A stretch of 64,000 nucleotides of DNA from an uncultured Dehalococcoidia bacterium (GCA_950072105.1 CATMOE010000006.1:24755-88754); one strand, 5' to 3'. Positions 45,745 to 55,762 are shown, numbered from the stretch's first letter. The notes: generated by a model not told the origin, from the sequence alone. Translations and numbers: made by a program.

Positions 45745-46676
45745 AACTCCCGGAAACGTCGGAGAACGTAGCTGTTTCCCGGCATTCCAACTCGTCGTCC
45801 ATCATCCCGGTGCTTTGGGTTTTACTGATCGGGGCTACGATGGCGGCCGTGGCCTGCGGTGGCATCACGACGGCCGACACCCAAAAGCCCCTTCGGGTGG
45901 TTACCACTACCTCCCTGTTAGCTGATCTAACTCAAAATGTAGCCGGCGCCAGCACGGTTGTCACCGCCGTGATACCTCCGGGCGCCGACGTGCACTCCTT
46001 CCAGACCACACCCAACCACAGCATCGCGATAAGCAATGCCGGACTCATCGTTTCCAACGGCGGAGGATTGGACGACTTTCTGTACCCGATGATTGAAAAC
46101 GCCCAGGAGGATGGCGCCGTTCACATCGTCGCGTCCCAAGGCTTGGCGGGCGTATCGACTAGGCAAGACCCCCATTTCTGGCAGAACCCGGCCAACGCGG
46201 TCCACTACGTCAGGCGCATCCAGGAAGGCTTATCCACCGCAGATCCAGCCAACGCGGAGAGCTATCAGGACCGCGCCGACGCCTACGTCCAACAATTATT
46301 GGACCTGGATCAGGAGATCAGCCGGATCCTCTCAGAAGTGCCCCCTTCCCGCAGGCATCTGGTGACCTACCACGACGCCTTCGCCCACTTTGGAGCTCGC
46401 TACGGGTGGCGCACGTCGTCTCTGGTGGCCAACGACGCCGGCGGAGTCACACCCAACGCCATCGCCCACCTACAGGAAAGGGTCCGGGAAGAAGGTATTG
46501 CCGCAGTGTTCACCGAGCCTCAATTCCGGTCCAAGGTCATCGAGCTGGCGGCCAGGGACACCGGAGTCGAGGTCGGGACCATTTACTGTGACGTATTAGG
46601 CGGCGGCAGCGGCGCTGACACCTACCTAAACATGATGCGGCTTAACGCCCGAAACCTGGTTAAACTGCTTCGCTGA
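45726..46676 (+). CDS. znuA: Zn/Mn ABC transporter substrate-binding lipoprotein (start uncertain)
   Basis: Lipobox AVAC; DVH, DPHFW, YHDAF ligands. Confidence 0.88.
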   Translation: MIPGIDKLPETSENVAVSRHSNSSSIIPVLWVLLIGATMAAVACGGITTADTQKPLRVVTTTSLLADLTQNVAGASTVVTAVIPPGADVHSFQTTPNHSIAISNAGLIVSNGGGLDDFLYPMIENAQEDGAVHIVASQGLAGVSTRQDPHFWQNPANAVHYVRRIQEGLSTADPANAESYQDRADAYVQQLLDLDQEISRILSEVPPSRRHLVTYHDAFAHFGARYGWRTSSLVANDAGGVTPNAIAHLQERVREEGIAAVFTEPQFRSKVIELAARDTGVEVGTIYCDVLGGGSGADTYLNMMRLNARNLVKLLR

Positions 46677-46755
46677 TGGAAATATTCGTCTAAAGCCCTG
46701 CCCTGTCTCCCGGCTCAGGGAAACGGGATAAGTGGTAAAGGCGATAAGGATATAT

Positions 46756-47673
46756 ATGCAACCCGTGAAACCATCCCACCGAACCGGCCCAGAAGATACC
46801 CATTCCGGGCCCAACGGGCACAACGATGCCCAAAGGGTGGTAGACAAGCCCACAGCTGCTCTAACGCCAGCCCTGGCGATCGATGGGCTGTGGGTTAGAT
46901 ACAACGATCATCCAGCATTGGAAGACGTTTCTCTTCAAGTATCGAAAGGCGAGATCCTAGGCATCATCGGTCCGAACGGCGCCGGTAAGTCGACTCTATT
47001 GAAGACCATCCTTGGTCTGATCCACGCCTGGCAGGGCCAGATCCGGGTACTGGGAGAACCTGTTGCCACCAGCCGCCGCTTGGTCGGCTACATGCCACAG
47101 GTGGAACAGGTCGACTGGGATTTTCCGGTTACAGCCGGCGATGTCGCTCTCATGGGCCGGTACGCCCGGCGGGGTCTTTTGCGGCGAACCACCGGAGAAG
47201 ACCGGGAAGCGGCGGCGGCGGCCCTAGACCGGGTCGGAATCTTGGACCTTAGCAACCGGCTCATTGGAGAGTTGTCGGGCGGTCAGAGACGGCGGGTGCT
47301 GCTGGCAAGGGCGCTGGCCAACCAACCGGAGCTGCTGCTATTGGACGAGCCGATGGCCGGCCTGGATGCCACGGCCCAGCACCAATTCCTGGATATCATC
47401 GACCGGCTGCGGTCCGACGGCGCCACCGTTGTCTTAAGCACCCACGACTTGTCTTGTGTATCGCAACGTTGCGACAAGGCTGCCTGCTTGAATCGGCGGT
47501 TGGTCGCCTTCGGCACACCCGGGGAAGTCCTCAACGAAGATATTCTTGGCGAGACATTTGGCACCCACCTCTTGCTGGTGCATGTGGACGGCCAGGCGTA
47601 CGCCTATCAACACCACTCCCACGACAGCGGACCGGGCCCTTCTTCTGCGAGCGGTCAAAGTGGGGGCAAATAG
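46756..47673 (+). CDS. znuC: Zn/Mn ABC transporter ATPase
   Basis: GPNGAGKST, YMPQ..DWDFP, LSGGQ, LLLDEP, STHDL; His-rich tail. Confidence 0.9.
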   Translation: MQPVKPSHRTGPEDTHSGPNGHNDAQRVVDKPTAALTPALAIDGLWVRYNDHPALEDVSLQVSKGEILGIIGPNGAGKSTLLKTILGLIHAWQGQIRVLGEPVATSRRLVGYMPQVEQVDWDFPVTAGDVALMGRYARRGLLRRTTGEDREAAAAALDRVGILDLSNRLIGELSGGQRRRVLLARALANQPELLLLDEPMAGLDATAQHQFLDIIDRLRSDGATVVLSTHDLSCVSQRCDKAACLNRRLVAFGTPGEVLNEDILGETFGTHLLLVHVDGQAYAYQHHSHDSGPGPSSASGQSGGK

Positions 47674-47717
47674 TGGGGTCCGCGATTCATTACTCAAGCC
47701 CGATACACCCGGCGAGG

Positions 47718-47743
47718 TCCTTCGACAAGCTCAGGACGAACGG
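47718..47743. repeat. REP-like family B, single copy
   Basis: TCCTTCGACAAGCTCAGGACGAACGG. Confidence 0.7.
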
Positions 47744-47797
47744 AGATAGCCGATCGGGACAAACCGCACCGCGCGGTTGCAAGGGCATCAGAAAGCT

Positions 47798-48664
47798 GTG
47801 ATCGACCTCTTGATCGATCCCTTGGAGTTTCCTTTCATGCAGCGGGCGTTTCTAGCCGCTGGATTCGCCTCGGTGGTCTGTGCTTTAGTGGGCACCTTTG
47901 TCGTCCTGAAGGGCCTGGCGTTCATGGGCGACGCGGTCGCCCATTCGTCCTTAGCCGGAATGTCGGTAGCCTATTTTCTTGGCGGCAACATCTTCTGGGG
48001 AGCCTTGGGCTGGGCTGTCCCGGCTTCGTTGCTCATCACCTTTATCAGCCGGAAGGCTAACCTTCGCCTTGACGCATGCATCGGGATCATTTTCGCCAGC
48101 GGTTTTGCCCTGGGCATCGTTCTGATGAGCCGGGTCACCGGCTACGCGGCCGACCTTTTTGGCCTACTGTTTGGCAACATTCTGGGTATCTCTTGGGCCG
48201 AAGTTGCGTTGATTGGCGGAATTGCCGCCGCCGTTTCCCTTGTGATCGCGGCTTTTTACAAAGAGTTGTTGTTCACCTCCTACGACGCCACCATGTCGGC
48301 TGCTTCGGGGATCCCGGTGCGGCTGATGCAATACCTGCTACCGGTTCTGGTGGGCGTCACCACCGTCGCCTCATTGAAAGCGGTGGGCATCGTGCTGGTG
48401 CTGGCGCTACTGGTGACACCTTCGGCCACGGCCATGCTTCTGGCCCGCCGGATGCCCTCCATCATGGCCTACAGCGTCGCTGTGGGCTTAATAGCCACCG
48501 TCCTGGGCCTGTATCTATCTTTCTACGCCGATCTGCCGTCAGGCCCCAGCATCGTCTTGGTGGCGACCGGATTGTTCTTGCTGGCTCTATTGTTCTCGCC
48601 CATCAAAGGAATCCTCTGGCGGCGGAACGCCCTCCCATCACCTTCCCAAGAGCCGGCCGGATAA
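47798..48664 (+). CDS. znuB: Zn/Mn ABC transporter permease
   Basis: FMQRA, GDAVAH, LFGNIL, VGIVLV. Confidence 0.9.
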   Translation: MIDLLIDPLEFPFMQRAFLAAGFASVVCALVGTFVVLKGLAFMGDAVAHSSLAGMSVAYFLGGNIFWGALGWAVPASLLITFISRKANLRLDACIGIIFASGFALGIVLMSRVTGYAADLFGLLFGNILGISWAEVALIGGIAAAVSLVIAAFYKELLFTSYDATMSAASGIPVRLMQYLLPVLVGVTTVASLKAVGIVLVLALLVTPSATAMLLARRMPSIMAYSVAVGLIATVLGLYLSFYADLPSGPSIVLVATGLFLLALLFSPIKGILWRRNALPSPSQEPAG

Positions 48665-48749
48665 GGCTGGGATTCCGCCCGGTATCCGCCCATTCCGGTG
48701 GTAGAATCTAGACTAAAACCAGTTATCAAATCTAGGATTGAGAAAAGAC

Positions 48750-49598
48750 ATGTATGACCTTAACGGAAAAGTAGCCATCGTCACCGGCGCAGGAGGCCGC
48801 CACGGCATCGGCCGGGCCATCGCCTTGCGTTTGGCCCAAGAGGGAGCGGACGTGGTGGTAACCGACATCCAGCGGAGCACCGACGCCATGCGGCCTGAAG
48901 ACCGCCAGGCGGGGTGGCGGGGTCTGGATAGCGTGGTCGGCGAGATCGAGGCGCTGGGACGACAAGCGTTGGGGCTGTTTTCCGACGTTTCCGACACTGG
49001 TCAGGTCTCGGACATGGTGGCCCAAACTCTGGACCGGTTCGGGCACATCGATATCCTGGTGAACAACGCGGGGTCGCAGCCGGGCAGAGACCGGGTCTTG
49101 CTGGTGGACCTGGAAGAGGACGCTTTCGACGAAGTTATGCGGGTCAACGTCAAAGGCACCTATCTGTGTTCACGTGCGGTAGCCACCCACATGATAGCCC
49201 GGGGCGGCGGCGGTAAGATCATCATCATATCCTCGGGAGCGGGCAAACGGGGCCGGGCACGATTTGCCGCCTATTGCTCTTCCAAATTCGCCCTCATCGG
49301 ATTTACCCAGTCCATTGCCCAGGAGTTAGCCGAACACAAGATAAACGTAAATGCTATCTGCCCCGGCCTGGTCGACACCGAGAGGGCCGACTTCATCGCC
49401 GCGGCCCTGGCGCCCGAGGGGCAATCGGCCGAGGAGCATCGGGTCTTGATGCTTCGCGAACGGTCCGAGTCGGTGCCTCTAGGCCGAGTAGCCCAGGGTG
49501 ACGACATCGCCCGTACAGCGGCCTTTCTGGCTTCAGGGGAGTCCGACTACCTCACCGGCCTGTCCATCAGCGTTGCCGGCGGTTCCGAAATGAACTGA
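48750..49598 (+). CDS. SDR family oxidoreductase
   Basis: TGAGGRHGIG, NNAG, YCSSK. Confidence 0.9.
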   Translation: MYDLNGKVAIVTGAGGRHGIGRAIALRLAQEGADVVVTDIQRSTDAMRPEDRQAGWRGLDSVVGEIEALGRQALGLFSDVSDTGQVSDMVAQTLDRFGHIDILVNNAGSQPGRDRVLLVDLEEDAFDEVMRVNVKGTYLCSRAVATHMIARGGGGKIIIISSGAGKRGRARFAAYCSSKFALIGFTQSIAQELAEHKINVNAICPGLVDTERADFIAAALAPEGQSAEEHRVLMLRERSESVPLGRVAQGDDIARTAAFLASGESDYLTGLSISVAGGSEMN

Positions 49599-49652
49599 CC
49601 TCGGACCCGTGCGTTGATTCTACGAAAGTTCATAACTCCTAGAGGTATTTAT

Positions 49653-49943
49653 ATGCCCCTTGAACGCGCCCAAGTGGAACAGATCGCCCTGCTGGCCCGA
49701 ATCAGCTTAACCCCCGAAGAAGTGGAATTGTTCCAGGACCAACTTTCCCAGCTTCTTGAACAGTTCCAGGTACTGAGTGAACTGGACACGACCGACGTGC
49801 CGCCCACGGGTCACGCCGTGGACCTGCAGGCTGTGATGCGTGAGGACGAGGACGAGGCCTCCCTGGCCCCGGAGGACGTGCTGAGCAACGCACCGCGCCA
49901 AGAAGGAGAATTTTTCCGGGTCAAGGCAGTCCTGGAGGAATAG
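49653..49943 (+). CDS. gatC: Asp/Glu-tRNA amidotransferase subunit C
   Basis: IALLARI, L.ELDT.DVPPT, MRED, NAP...FF.V. Confidence 0.93.
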   Translation: MPLERAQVEQIALLARISLTPEEVELFQDQLSQLLEQFQVLSELDTTDVPPTGHAVDLQAVMREDEDEASLAPEDVLSNAPRQEGEFFRVKAVLEE

Positions 49944-49948
49944 GCTAG

Positions 49949-51442
49949 ATGGCTGCCGAAGAACGGTTGACGATCCATGAGGCCGGCCGAAAGTTGGCCC
50001 AAAGGGAGATTTCCTCGGTTGAGCTTACCCGCGCTCAATTGGAGCGCATCGACCGTCTGGAAGAGCGGATCAAATCCTTTATCACCCTGACGCCCGAATT
50101 GGCGCTACGGCAGGCTGAGCAAGCCGACCAACGCATCGCGGCGGGAGAGGCTGGGCCCCTGACGGGGATACCCATGCAGATGAAGGACGTCATCTCCACC
50201 AAGGGCGTCACCACCACCTGCGCGTCGCGAATGCTCGAAGACTATGTGCCGGTCTACAACGCCACTGTAGCTGAGAGATTACTGTCCCAGGGCGCCGTCT
50301 TGCTGGGCAAGGGCAACATGGACGAGTACGCCATGGGGTCGTCTTGCGAAAACTCGGCCTTCTTCCCCACTCGAAACCCGTGGGACCTGGAGCGGGTCCC
50401 CGGCGGCAGCAGCGGCGGCGGAGCGGCGGCGGTGTCGGCAGGGCAGGCAGTCTACGCCCTGGGTTCAGACACCGGCGGCAGCGTTCGCCAGCCGGCTTCG
50501 CTGTGCGGAGTGGTGGGGATGAAACCCACTTACGGCATGGTTAGCCGCTATGGGTTGGTCGCCTATGCGTCGTCCCTGGACCAGATTGGCCCCATCACCC
50601 AGGATGTCACCGACTGCGCCCTGGTATTGAACGCCATCGTAGGGCACGACCCCAAGGACTCAACATCCCTCCGCCAACCGGTGGCAGACTATGCGGCGGG
50701 TCTCGGAGAATACACAAGCCCGTCCCCCCTTGCGAAGGGGGGACTACATGGGGGCCCCGTCCGCTTGGGAGTGCCCGAAGAGTACTTCGTTGACGGGATG
50801 CAAGACGGCGTCCGTGAGTCGGTGCAGGCGGCCATAGAAACTCTAGAAAGTTTGGGGGCTTCAGTAGAGCCGGTCTCTTTGCCCACAACCCGGTATGCAT
50901 TGGCCTGCTACTACATCATCGCACCTTCCGAATGCTCGGCCAACTTGGCCCGATACGACGGCGTCAAATACGGCTTCTCATATCAAGATACCCAGAATAT
51001 GTGGGAAGCCATGGAACGGACCCGTGCCGGCGGGTTTGGCCCCGAGGTGAAACGCCGGGTCATTTTGGGAGCTTATGCCTTGTCCGCCGGCTACTACGAC
51101 GCTTATTACCTGAAGGCCCAGCAGGCCAGAACGCTGATCCGCCGGGACTTCGACCGGGTCTTTGAGCAAGTGGACGCACTGGTCACCCCCACGTCGCCGG
51201 TCGTAGCTTTCCGATTGGGCGAGAAGATCAACGACCCAGTGGAGATGTACCTGATCGATGTTTGCACGGTGCCCGCCAACATCGCCGGACTGCCGGGTAT
51301 CTCGGTGCCCTGCGGCTTCTCCCAAGGCCTCCCCGTGGGCATGCAAATCATAGGCCCCCATCTATCCGAACAACGGCTGCTGAACATTGCCTACGCCTAC
51401 GAGCAGGCCACCCAGTGGCACCTGGAGAGGCCAAACATCTGA
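49949..51442 (+). CDS. gatA: Asp/Glu-tRNA amidotransferase subunit A, with short palindrome-derived insertion
   Basis: KD, GGSSGG, GSDTGGSVRQP, SANLARYDG, FG.EVKRR, YDAYYLKA, MYL.D. Confidence 0.96.
   Translation: MAAEERLTIHEAGRKLAQREISSVELTRAQLERIDRLEERIKSFITLTPELALRQAEQADQRIAAGEAGPLTGIPMQMKDVISTKGVTTTCASRMLEDYVPVYNATVAERLLSQGAVLLGKGNMDEYAMGSSCENSAFFPTRNPWDLERVPGGSSGGGAAAVSAGQAVYALGSDTGGSVRQPASLCGVVGMKPTYGMVSRYGLVAYASSLDQIGPITQDVTDCALVLNAIVGHDPKDSTSLRQPVADYAAGLGEYTSPSPLAKGGLHGGPVRLGVPEEYFVDGMQDGVRESVQAAIETLESLGASVEPVSLPTTRYALACYYIIAPSECSANLARYDGVKYGFSYQDTQNMWEAMERTRAGGFGPEVKRRVILGAYALSAGYYDAYYLKAQQARTLIRRDFDRVFEQVDALVTPTSPVVAFRLGEKINDPVEMYLIDVCTVPANIAGLPGISVPCGFSQGLPVGMQIIGPHLSEQRLLNIAYAYEQATQWHLERPNI
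50722..50754 (+). repeat. Family A palindromic repeat inserted in-frame in gatA
   Basis: GTCCCCCCTT-GCG-AAGGGGGGAC-TACATGGGGG, encoding SPLAKGGLHGG. Confidence 0.7.
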
Positions 51443-51497
51443 TCCCTTCCAACAAGACCTCTCCCAGTGCTAGAATTGGTCCCAGGAGATAGGGCCG

Positions 51498-52883
51498 ATG
51501 CAGCGCAGTAAGATAAAGGAAATCCTGGGGCGGGAAAGCGCCGGTGGCGACGTTTTGGTACAGGGCTGGGTCAAGACCCGGCGTTCGTCCAAGGCGGTAT
51601 CCTTCGTCCAGGTTAGCGACGGCTCCACCTTGGCGGATATTCAGGTGGTGGCCGACGAATCGCTCCCCAATTTCCAGGCGGTCGATGCCCTGACCACCGG
51701 TTGCAGCGTCAGCGTCATCGGAACACTGGTCGAGTCGCCCGGCAAAGGCCAGAAGTACGAGATCCACGCCAAGTCCATCGAGGTCGTCGGCGAGTCCGAC
51801 CCGGACACATATCCTCTGCAGAAGAAACGGCACACGGTGGAGTTTCTTCGGGACATCGCCCACCTGAGGCCCCGAACCAACACATTTGGCGCCATGGCCC
51901 GCGTTCGAAACGCCTTGGCCTATGCGATCCATGGCTTTTTCCAGGACAAGGGATTCCTGTTCCTCCAGGCGCCCATGATCACCGCCAGCGACGCCGAGGG
52001 CGCCGGGGCCATGTTCCGGGTAACGACGCTGGACCTGGAAAACGTGCCCATGAAGGACGGAGCCGTCAATGCCGAAGAGGACTTCTTCGGCAAGCCCACC
52101 TTCCTTACGGTCAGCGGCCAGTTGGAAGCGGAAATATTCGCCTTGGCCCTTTCGGATGTCTACACGTTCGGTCCTACCTTCCGGGCGGAAAATTCCAACA
52201 CGTCCCGCCATCTGGCCGAGTTCTGGATGGTGGAGCCCGAGGTGGCTTTCTGCGACCTGGACGGGCTGGCCGATCTGTCCGAGGAGTTCCTGAAGCACAT
52301 CTTCACCTACGTGCTGGACCATTGCCAGGAAGATATGGGGTTCTTCAACCAGTATTTCGACAAGACCGCTATCTCCACCTTGGAGGGAATCGTAACCTCT
52401 GACTTCGAGCGTTTAACCTACACCGAAGCCGTGGACATCCTGCAACGTTCGGGCAAGTCCTTTGAATTTCCAGTGGTATGGGGTTCCGACTTGCAGTCGG
52501 AGCACGAGAGGTACCTGGCTGAGACTAAGATCGGGAAACCGATCATCGTTACCGACTATCCTAAAGAGATCAAAGCCTTCTACATGCGCCTCAACGAGGA
52601 CGGGAAAACTGCCCGCGCCCTGGACGTGCTGGTGCCCCGCATCGGCGAGATCATCGGAGGCAGCCAACGGGAGGAGCGCCGGGACGTGCTGTTGGAGCGG
52701 ATACGCCAGTCGGGTTTGGACGAAAAGAATTACTGGTGGTATCTAGACCTTCGCAGCTACGGAACCGTCCCTCATGCGGGATTCGGCCTGGGGTTCGAGC
52801 GCACGGTTCAATTCGTCACTGGGGTCGCTAATATCAGGGACGTTATCCCATTCCCCCGGACCCCCAACAACGCCGAGTTCTAG
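51498..52883 (+). CDS. asnS: Asparaginyl-tRNA synthetase
   Basis: GWV, HLRPRTN, FF...[45 protein letters not shown]. Confidence 0.96.
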   Translation: MQRSKIKEILGRESAGGDVLVQGWVKTRRSSKAVSFVQVSDGSTLADIQVVADESLPNFQAVDALTTGCSVSVIGTLVESPGKGQKYEIHAKSIEVVGESDPDTYPLQKKRHTVEFLRDIAHLRPRTNTFGAMARVRNALAYAIHGFFQDKGFLFLQAPMITASDAEGAGAMFRVTTLDLENVPMKDGAVNAEEDFFGKPTFLTVSGQLEAEIFALALSDVYTFGPTFRAENSNTSRHLAEFWMVEPEVAFCDLDGLADLSEEFLKHIFTYVLDHCQEDMGFFNQYFDKTAISTLEGIVTSDFERLTYTEAVDILQRSGKSFEFPVVWGSDLQSEHERYLAETKIGKPIIVTDYPKEIKAFYMRLNEDGKTARALDVLVPRIGEIIGGSQREERRDVLLERIRQSGLDEKNYWWYLDLRSYGTVPHAGFGLGFERTVQFVTGVANIRDVIPFPRTPNNAEF

Positions 52884-52910
52884 GCCCGGTCCAGGCTGAC
52901 GGAGAACACA

Positions 52911-54236
52911 TTGCCGGACGGCCCCTCGGCCCACTCCCATGCCGGAAAAGAAGTGCCCAACGCCCGGAGTATGGTGTCGGCCTTCGGCCCCGATAGTCCT
53001 GCTTTCCACCAGGCTTACCCCGAATTGCTGGCCCTGTTCCAGCATGTCAAAGATGTTCCGGAAGTTTCGCTGCAATTCCGCCTGTGGCGCGGATACCAGC
53101 TTGGCGTTGATCGCTCTCCCGAAGACGATGAAGCCCTCTTCATTAGGGAAACCTATGTCGCTCTGCTGGCCCGTCTGGTGGCTAGGATGTTCCTGGACGT
53201 CAGTCCCATTACGAAGGATGTAACGGAGCTGACGAAGATTCTAGAGGGAGAATTCTTCCAGGCGCAGAACATCACCAACTTCATCGAAGACGATTTCTTT
53301 ACCTGGCTGCTATGTCCGCCAGTCGTCGACCAAGGCGCCGCTCTGATGGCAACCCTGGCCGCGTCCTTGTCCCACTACGATTTCGTCAGTGGCATACCTG
53401 ATCTGCTAACGGGGTTATATGAAGAATTCGCACCCCGTTCACCAGAGACAGACGCTGGCGGAAACCCCGTTCCAGGGTGGCTGGCCGAGTCTGCAATGAG
53501 CAATGATATCGGGTCGCTCCCCGGCCCGGACCAAAGCGTCTTGCACCCGCACTGTGGGTCCGGGCAGTTTCTGGTTGCGGCCGTCGGCGCCATCAAGCAA
53601 GCCAGGCTGGAGCGGGGTGACGACGCCTTCGACACATTGCTGCTGATTCTTGACCGATTGCAAGGGATGGACTCTCGTCCGCTGGCGGTGACGATCGCCC
53701 GCACCGGTTACCTGCTAGCCTTGGGAGACCTGGTTCAAAACTTCCACCCACCGGTGCTGTTGCCGGTGTACCTGTCCGGCGTCACGACACCGCCGGTGCG
53801 CGATCCGGAGCAAGGGCGCGGCGATTCGGAACCTGTGTACGAATTCGGATCGGGTGAACCCGGCGAGGTTTTCCACATCCCGGAGAGCGTCGCCCTTGAC
53901 CCGGTGATGCTCGATTGGCTGTTCGGCCGATTGCCCAACTACTTGAGAGGAGCCCTTCTCCGCACCCGGGGTCAGGACACTGAAGACGCGATTCAAGCAG
54001 TCCTGGCGGCCTTCCATAACTACCTGGCCGCTCCCAAGCCCAGAACGCCGATACCCGATCCACTGAGTCGTTTCGCCGCCGAAGTGATGCTGAAAACCGC
54101 TGAATCTTTGATCCGGATTTATCTGAATCAGCCCACCAACGTCTGGCTGCACATCTTAAAGAACGCGCCCGCTCCGGTACATATGGCCCAGCGAAAGTTC
54201 GACTTGGTACTCGATAGATTTTCCACGGATTCCTGA
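52911..54236 (+). CDS. Degenerate N6-adenine DNA methyltransferase-like protein (type IIG-like fragment, lacks NPPY/W)
   Basis: LF..ETY, NFIE.DFFTW, D.L..LYE, P.WLAE, VLHPHCGSGQFL, G.D..PLAV.IAR..Y; ends KFDLVLDRF. Confidence 0.7.
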   Translation: MPDGPSAHSHAGKEVPNARSMVSAFGPDSPAFHQAYPELLALFQHVKDVPEVSLQFRLWRGYQLGVDRSPEDDEALFIRETYVALLARLVARMFLDVSPITKDVTELTKILEGEFFQAQNITNFIEDDFFTWLLCPPVVDQGAALMATLAASLSHYDFVSGIPDLLTGLYEEFAPRSPETDAGGNPVPGWLAESAMSNDIGSLPGPDQSVLHPHCGSGQFLVAAVGAIKQARLERGDDAFDTLLLILDRLQGMDSRPLAVTIARTGYLLALGDLVQNFHPPVLLPVYLSGVTTPPVRDPEQGRGDSEPVYEFGSGEPGEVFHIPESVALDPVMLDWLFGRLPNYLRGALLRTRGQDTEDAIQAVLAAFHNYLAAPKPRTPIPDPLSRFAAEVMLKTAESLIRIYLNQPTNVWLHILKNAPAPVHMAQRKFDLVLDRFSTDS

Positions 54237-54339
54237 GGCTCCCACGGTCATTGTTGACGCTCATTCTCCGCTCCGAATATAATGAGTTGGATTTCCCATG
54301 CCACGCTCCCGGAACACGACTGCCCAAAAAGGAGACTAG

Positions 54340-54846
54340 ATGACCACCCAAGAAACCGTGCTGCACCCCGCGGCAATAATTGAGGAACTTAAAAAGAACG
54401 AATTCACCCACGTGGTGTGGCTTCCTGACAGCGAGACCAATTTCATGTATCAGTTGCTGACCAACGAGCCGTCCCTCGACTTGGTGCCCGTATGCCGGGA
54501 AGGGGAAACCATGGCCATCGCCGCCGGGCTCTGGGTGGGCGGCAAAAAACCGGTTGTATTGATTCAAAACACCGGAATCTTCGAATCCGGTGACTCTATC
54601 CGAGGCCTTGGGTTGGACGTCAACCAGCCCTTGGTTATGTTGGTGGGTTATCGGGGATGGAGCCGCCACGGCATCACTCCCGATTCGGCGGCCCGTTTCA
54701 TCGAGCACATCTTGCATGCCTGGGGAATAAGCTACTACTTGATAGAGACCGACGACGACGCCGGGCGCATCACTTCCGCCTTGGAAGAAGCCGAGCGGAC
54801 CAGCAAGCCGGTAGCCGTACTGGTGGGCACCGAGTTCGGTGCCTAA
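54340..54846 (+). CDS. Sulfopyruvate/phosphonopyruvate decarboxylase alpha-like subunit (ComD-like)
   Basis: LPDS, CREGE, AAG...GK.P, QNTG, GYRG. Confidence 0.85.
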   Translation: MTTQETVLHPAAIIEELKKNEFTHVVWLPDSETNFMYQLLTNEPSLDLVPVCREGETMAIAAGLWVGGKKPVVLIQNTGIFESGDSIRGLGLDVNQPLVMLVGYRGWSRHGITPDSAARFIEHILHAWGISYYLIETDDDAGRITSALEEAERTSKPVAVLVGTEFGA

Positions 54847-54878
54847 GGCCACGTAAATCCGGTATGACTCCGGCCAGG

Positions 54879-54982
54879 TCCTTCGACAGTTTCAGGGCGA
54901 ACGGTATCGGCGCCTCCTCCCGTTTGCGGTGAACTCCGACCGAAGGCCGCGAGTCGCGACAAAGTCGGACTTGTCGAACCAC
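54879..54982. repeat. REP-like family B doublet with a nested palindrome
   Basis: TCCTTCGACAGTTTCAGGGCGAACGG ... CCGTTTGCGGTGAA[CTCCGAC...GTCGGA]CTTGTCGAACC. Confidence 0.6.
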
Positions 54983-55027
54983 ACTTTGAAATGACGCAAG
55001 ACCCCTTCGAAGGAGAATAGCGAAAAA

Positions 55028-55618
55028 ATGATAGGCAACACCGATGCGGTAAGACTTCTGGATAGCAAGCGCGAGGATTCAGTTCTCGTAGCGACCATGA
55101 ACGCCAACAACGTAGGCTTCGGCCTGCCCAGCGTCACTAACAACGAGCCCCTGGACTTCCCGATCTCCGGGGCCATGGGCAAAGCTTCTTCGGTAGGTCT
55201 GGGTCTAGCCCTGGCCCAACCAAATCGGAAGATCATGGTTTTGGATGGTGACGGAAGCCTCCTGATGAATCTGGGGACTTTGGTTACCTTGTCCAACAAG
55301 GCCCCCAAGAATATGTACCATTTTCTATTCGATAATGGCGTTTATGCCGTCACCGGAGGTCAGCCGGTGCCCGGAGCCGCCAAGGTTGACTGGGAGGATA
55401 TGGCCAAGGGAGCGGGCTACGCCGCCGTCTTCTCATTCGATAATCTGGAAGACCTCACCACGGGTATCGATCAAGTCCTAGCCACCCAGGGGCCCGTGTT
55501 TATCCACCTGGCCATAACACCGGAAGTCGAAGACACTCCAGTGGCGTACCGGCCTCGGGCTCGCCGGTCGGTCCAGACTGCGTTCCGGGAGCTGCCGGTG
55601 GCGTTGAGTAGCGACTAG
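55028..55618 (+). CDS. TPP-binding decarboxylase beta subunit (ComE-like)
   Basis: GAMG.ASS.GLGLALA, DGDGSLLMNLG, DNG.Y..TGGQ. Confidence 0.87.
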   Translation: MIGNTDAVRLLDSKREDSVLVATMNANNVGFGLPSVTNNEPLDFPISGAMGKASSVGLGLALAQPNRKIMVLDGDGSLLMNLGTLVTLSNKAPKNMYHFLFDNGVYAVTGGQPVPGAAKVDWEDMAKGAGYAAVFSFDNLEDLTTGIDQVLATQGPVFIHLAITPEVEDTPVAYRPRARRSVQTAFRELPVALSSD

Positions 55619-55762
55619 GCTACTCCCGGTGTGCCAGACCATACGGTGCTCCGGTTCGACATAGCTGGTGCATATCCGAACGTAACGAGGCGATGGCTTG
55701 GCCGCCGCCTCGTTTGCTATTATGTTATGGTCATTGATACCGTTAAAACACAAGGCTGGTAG

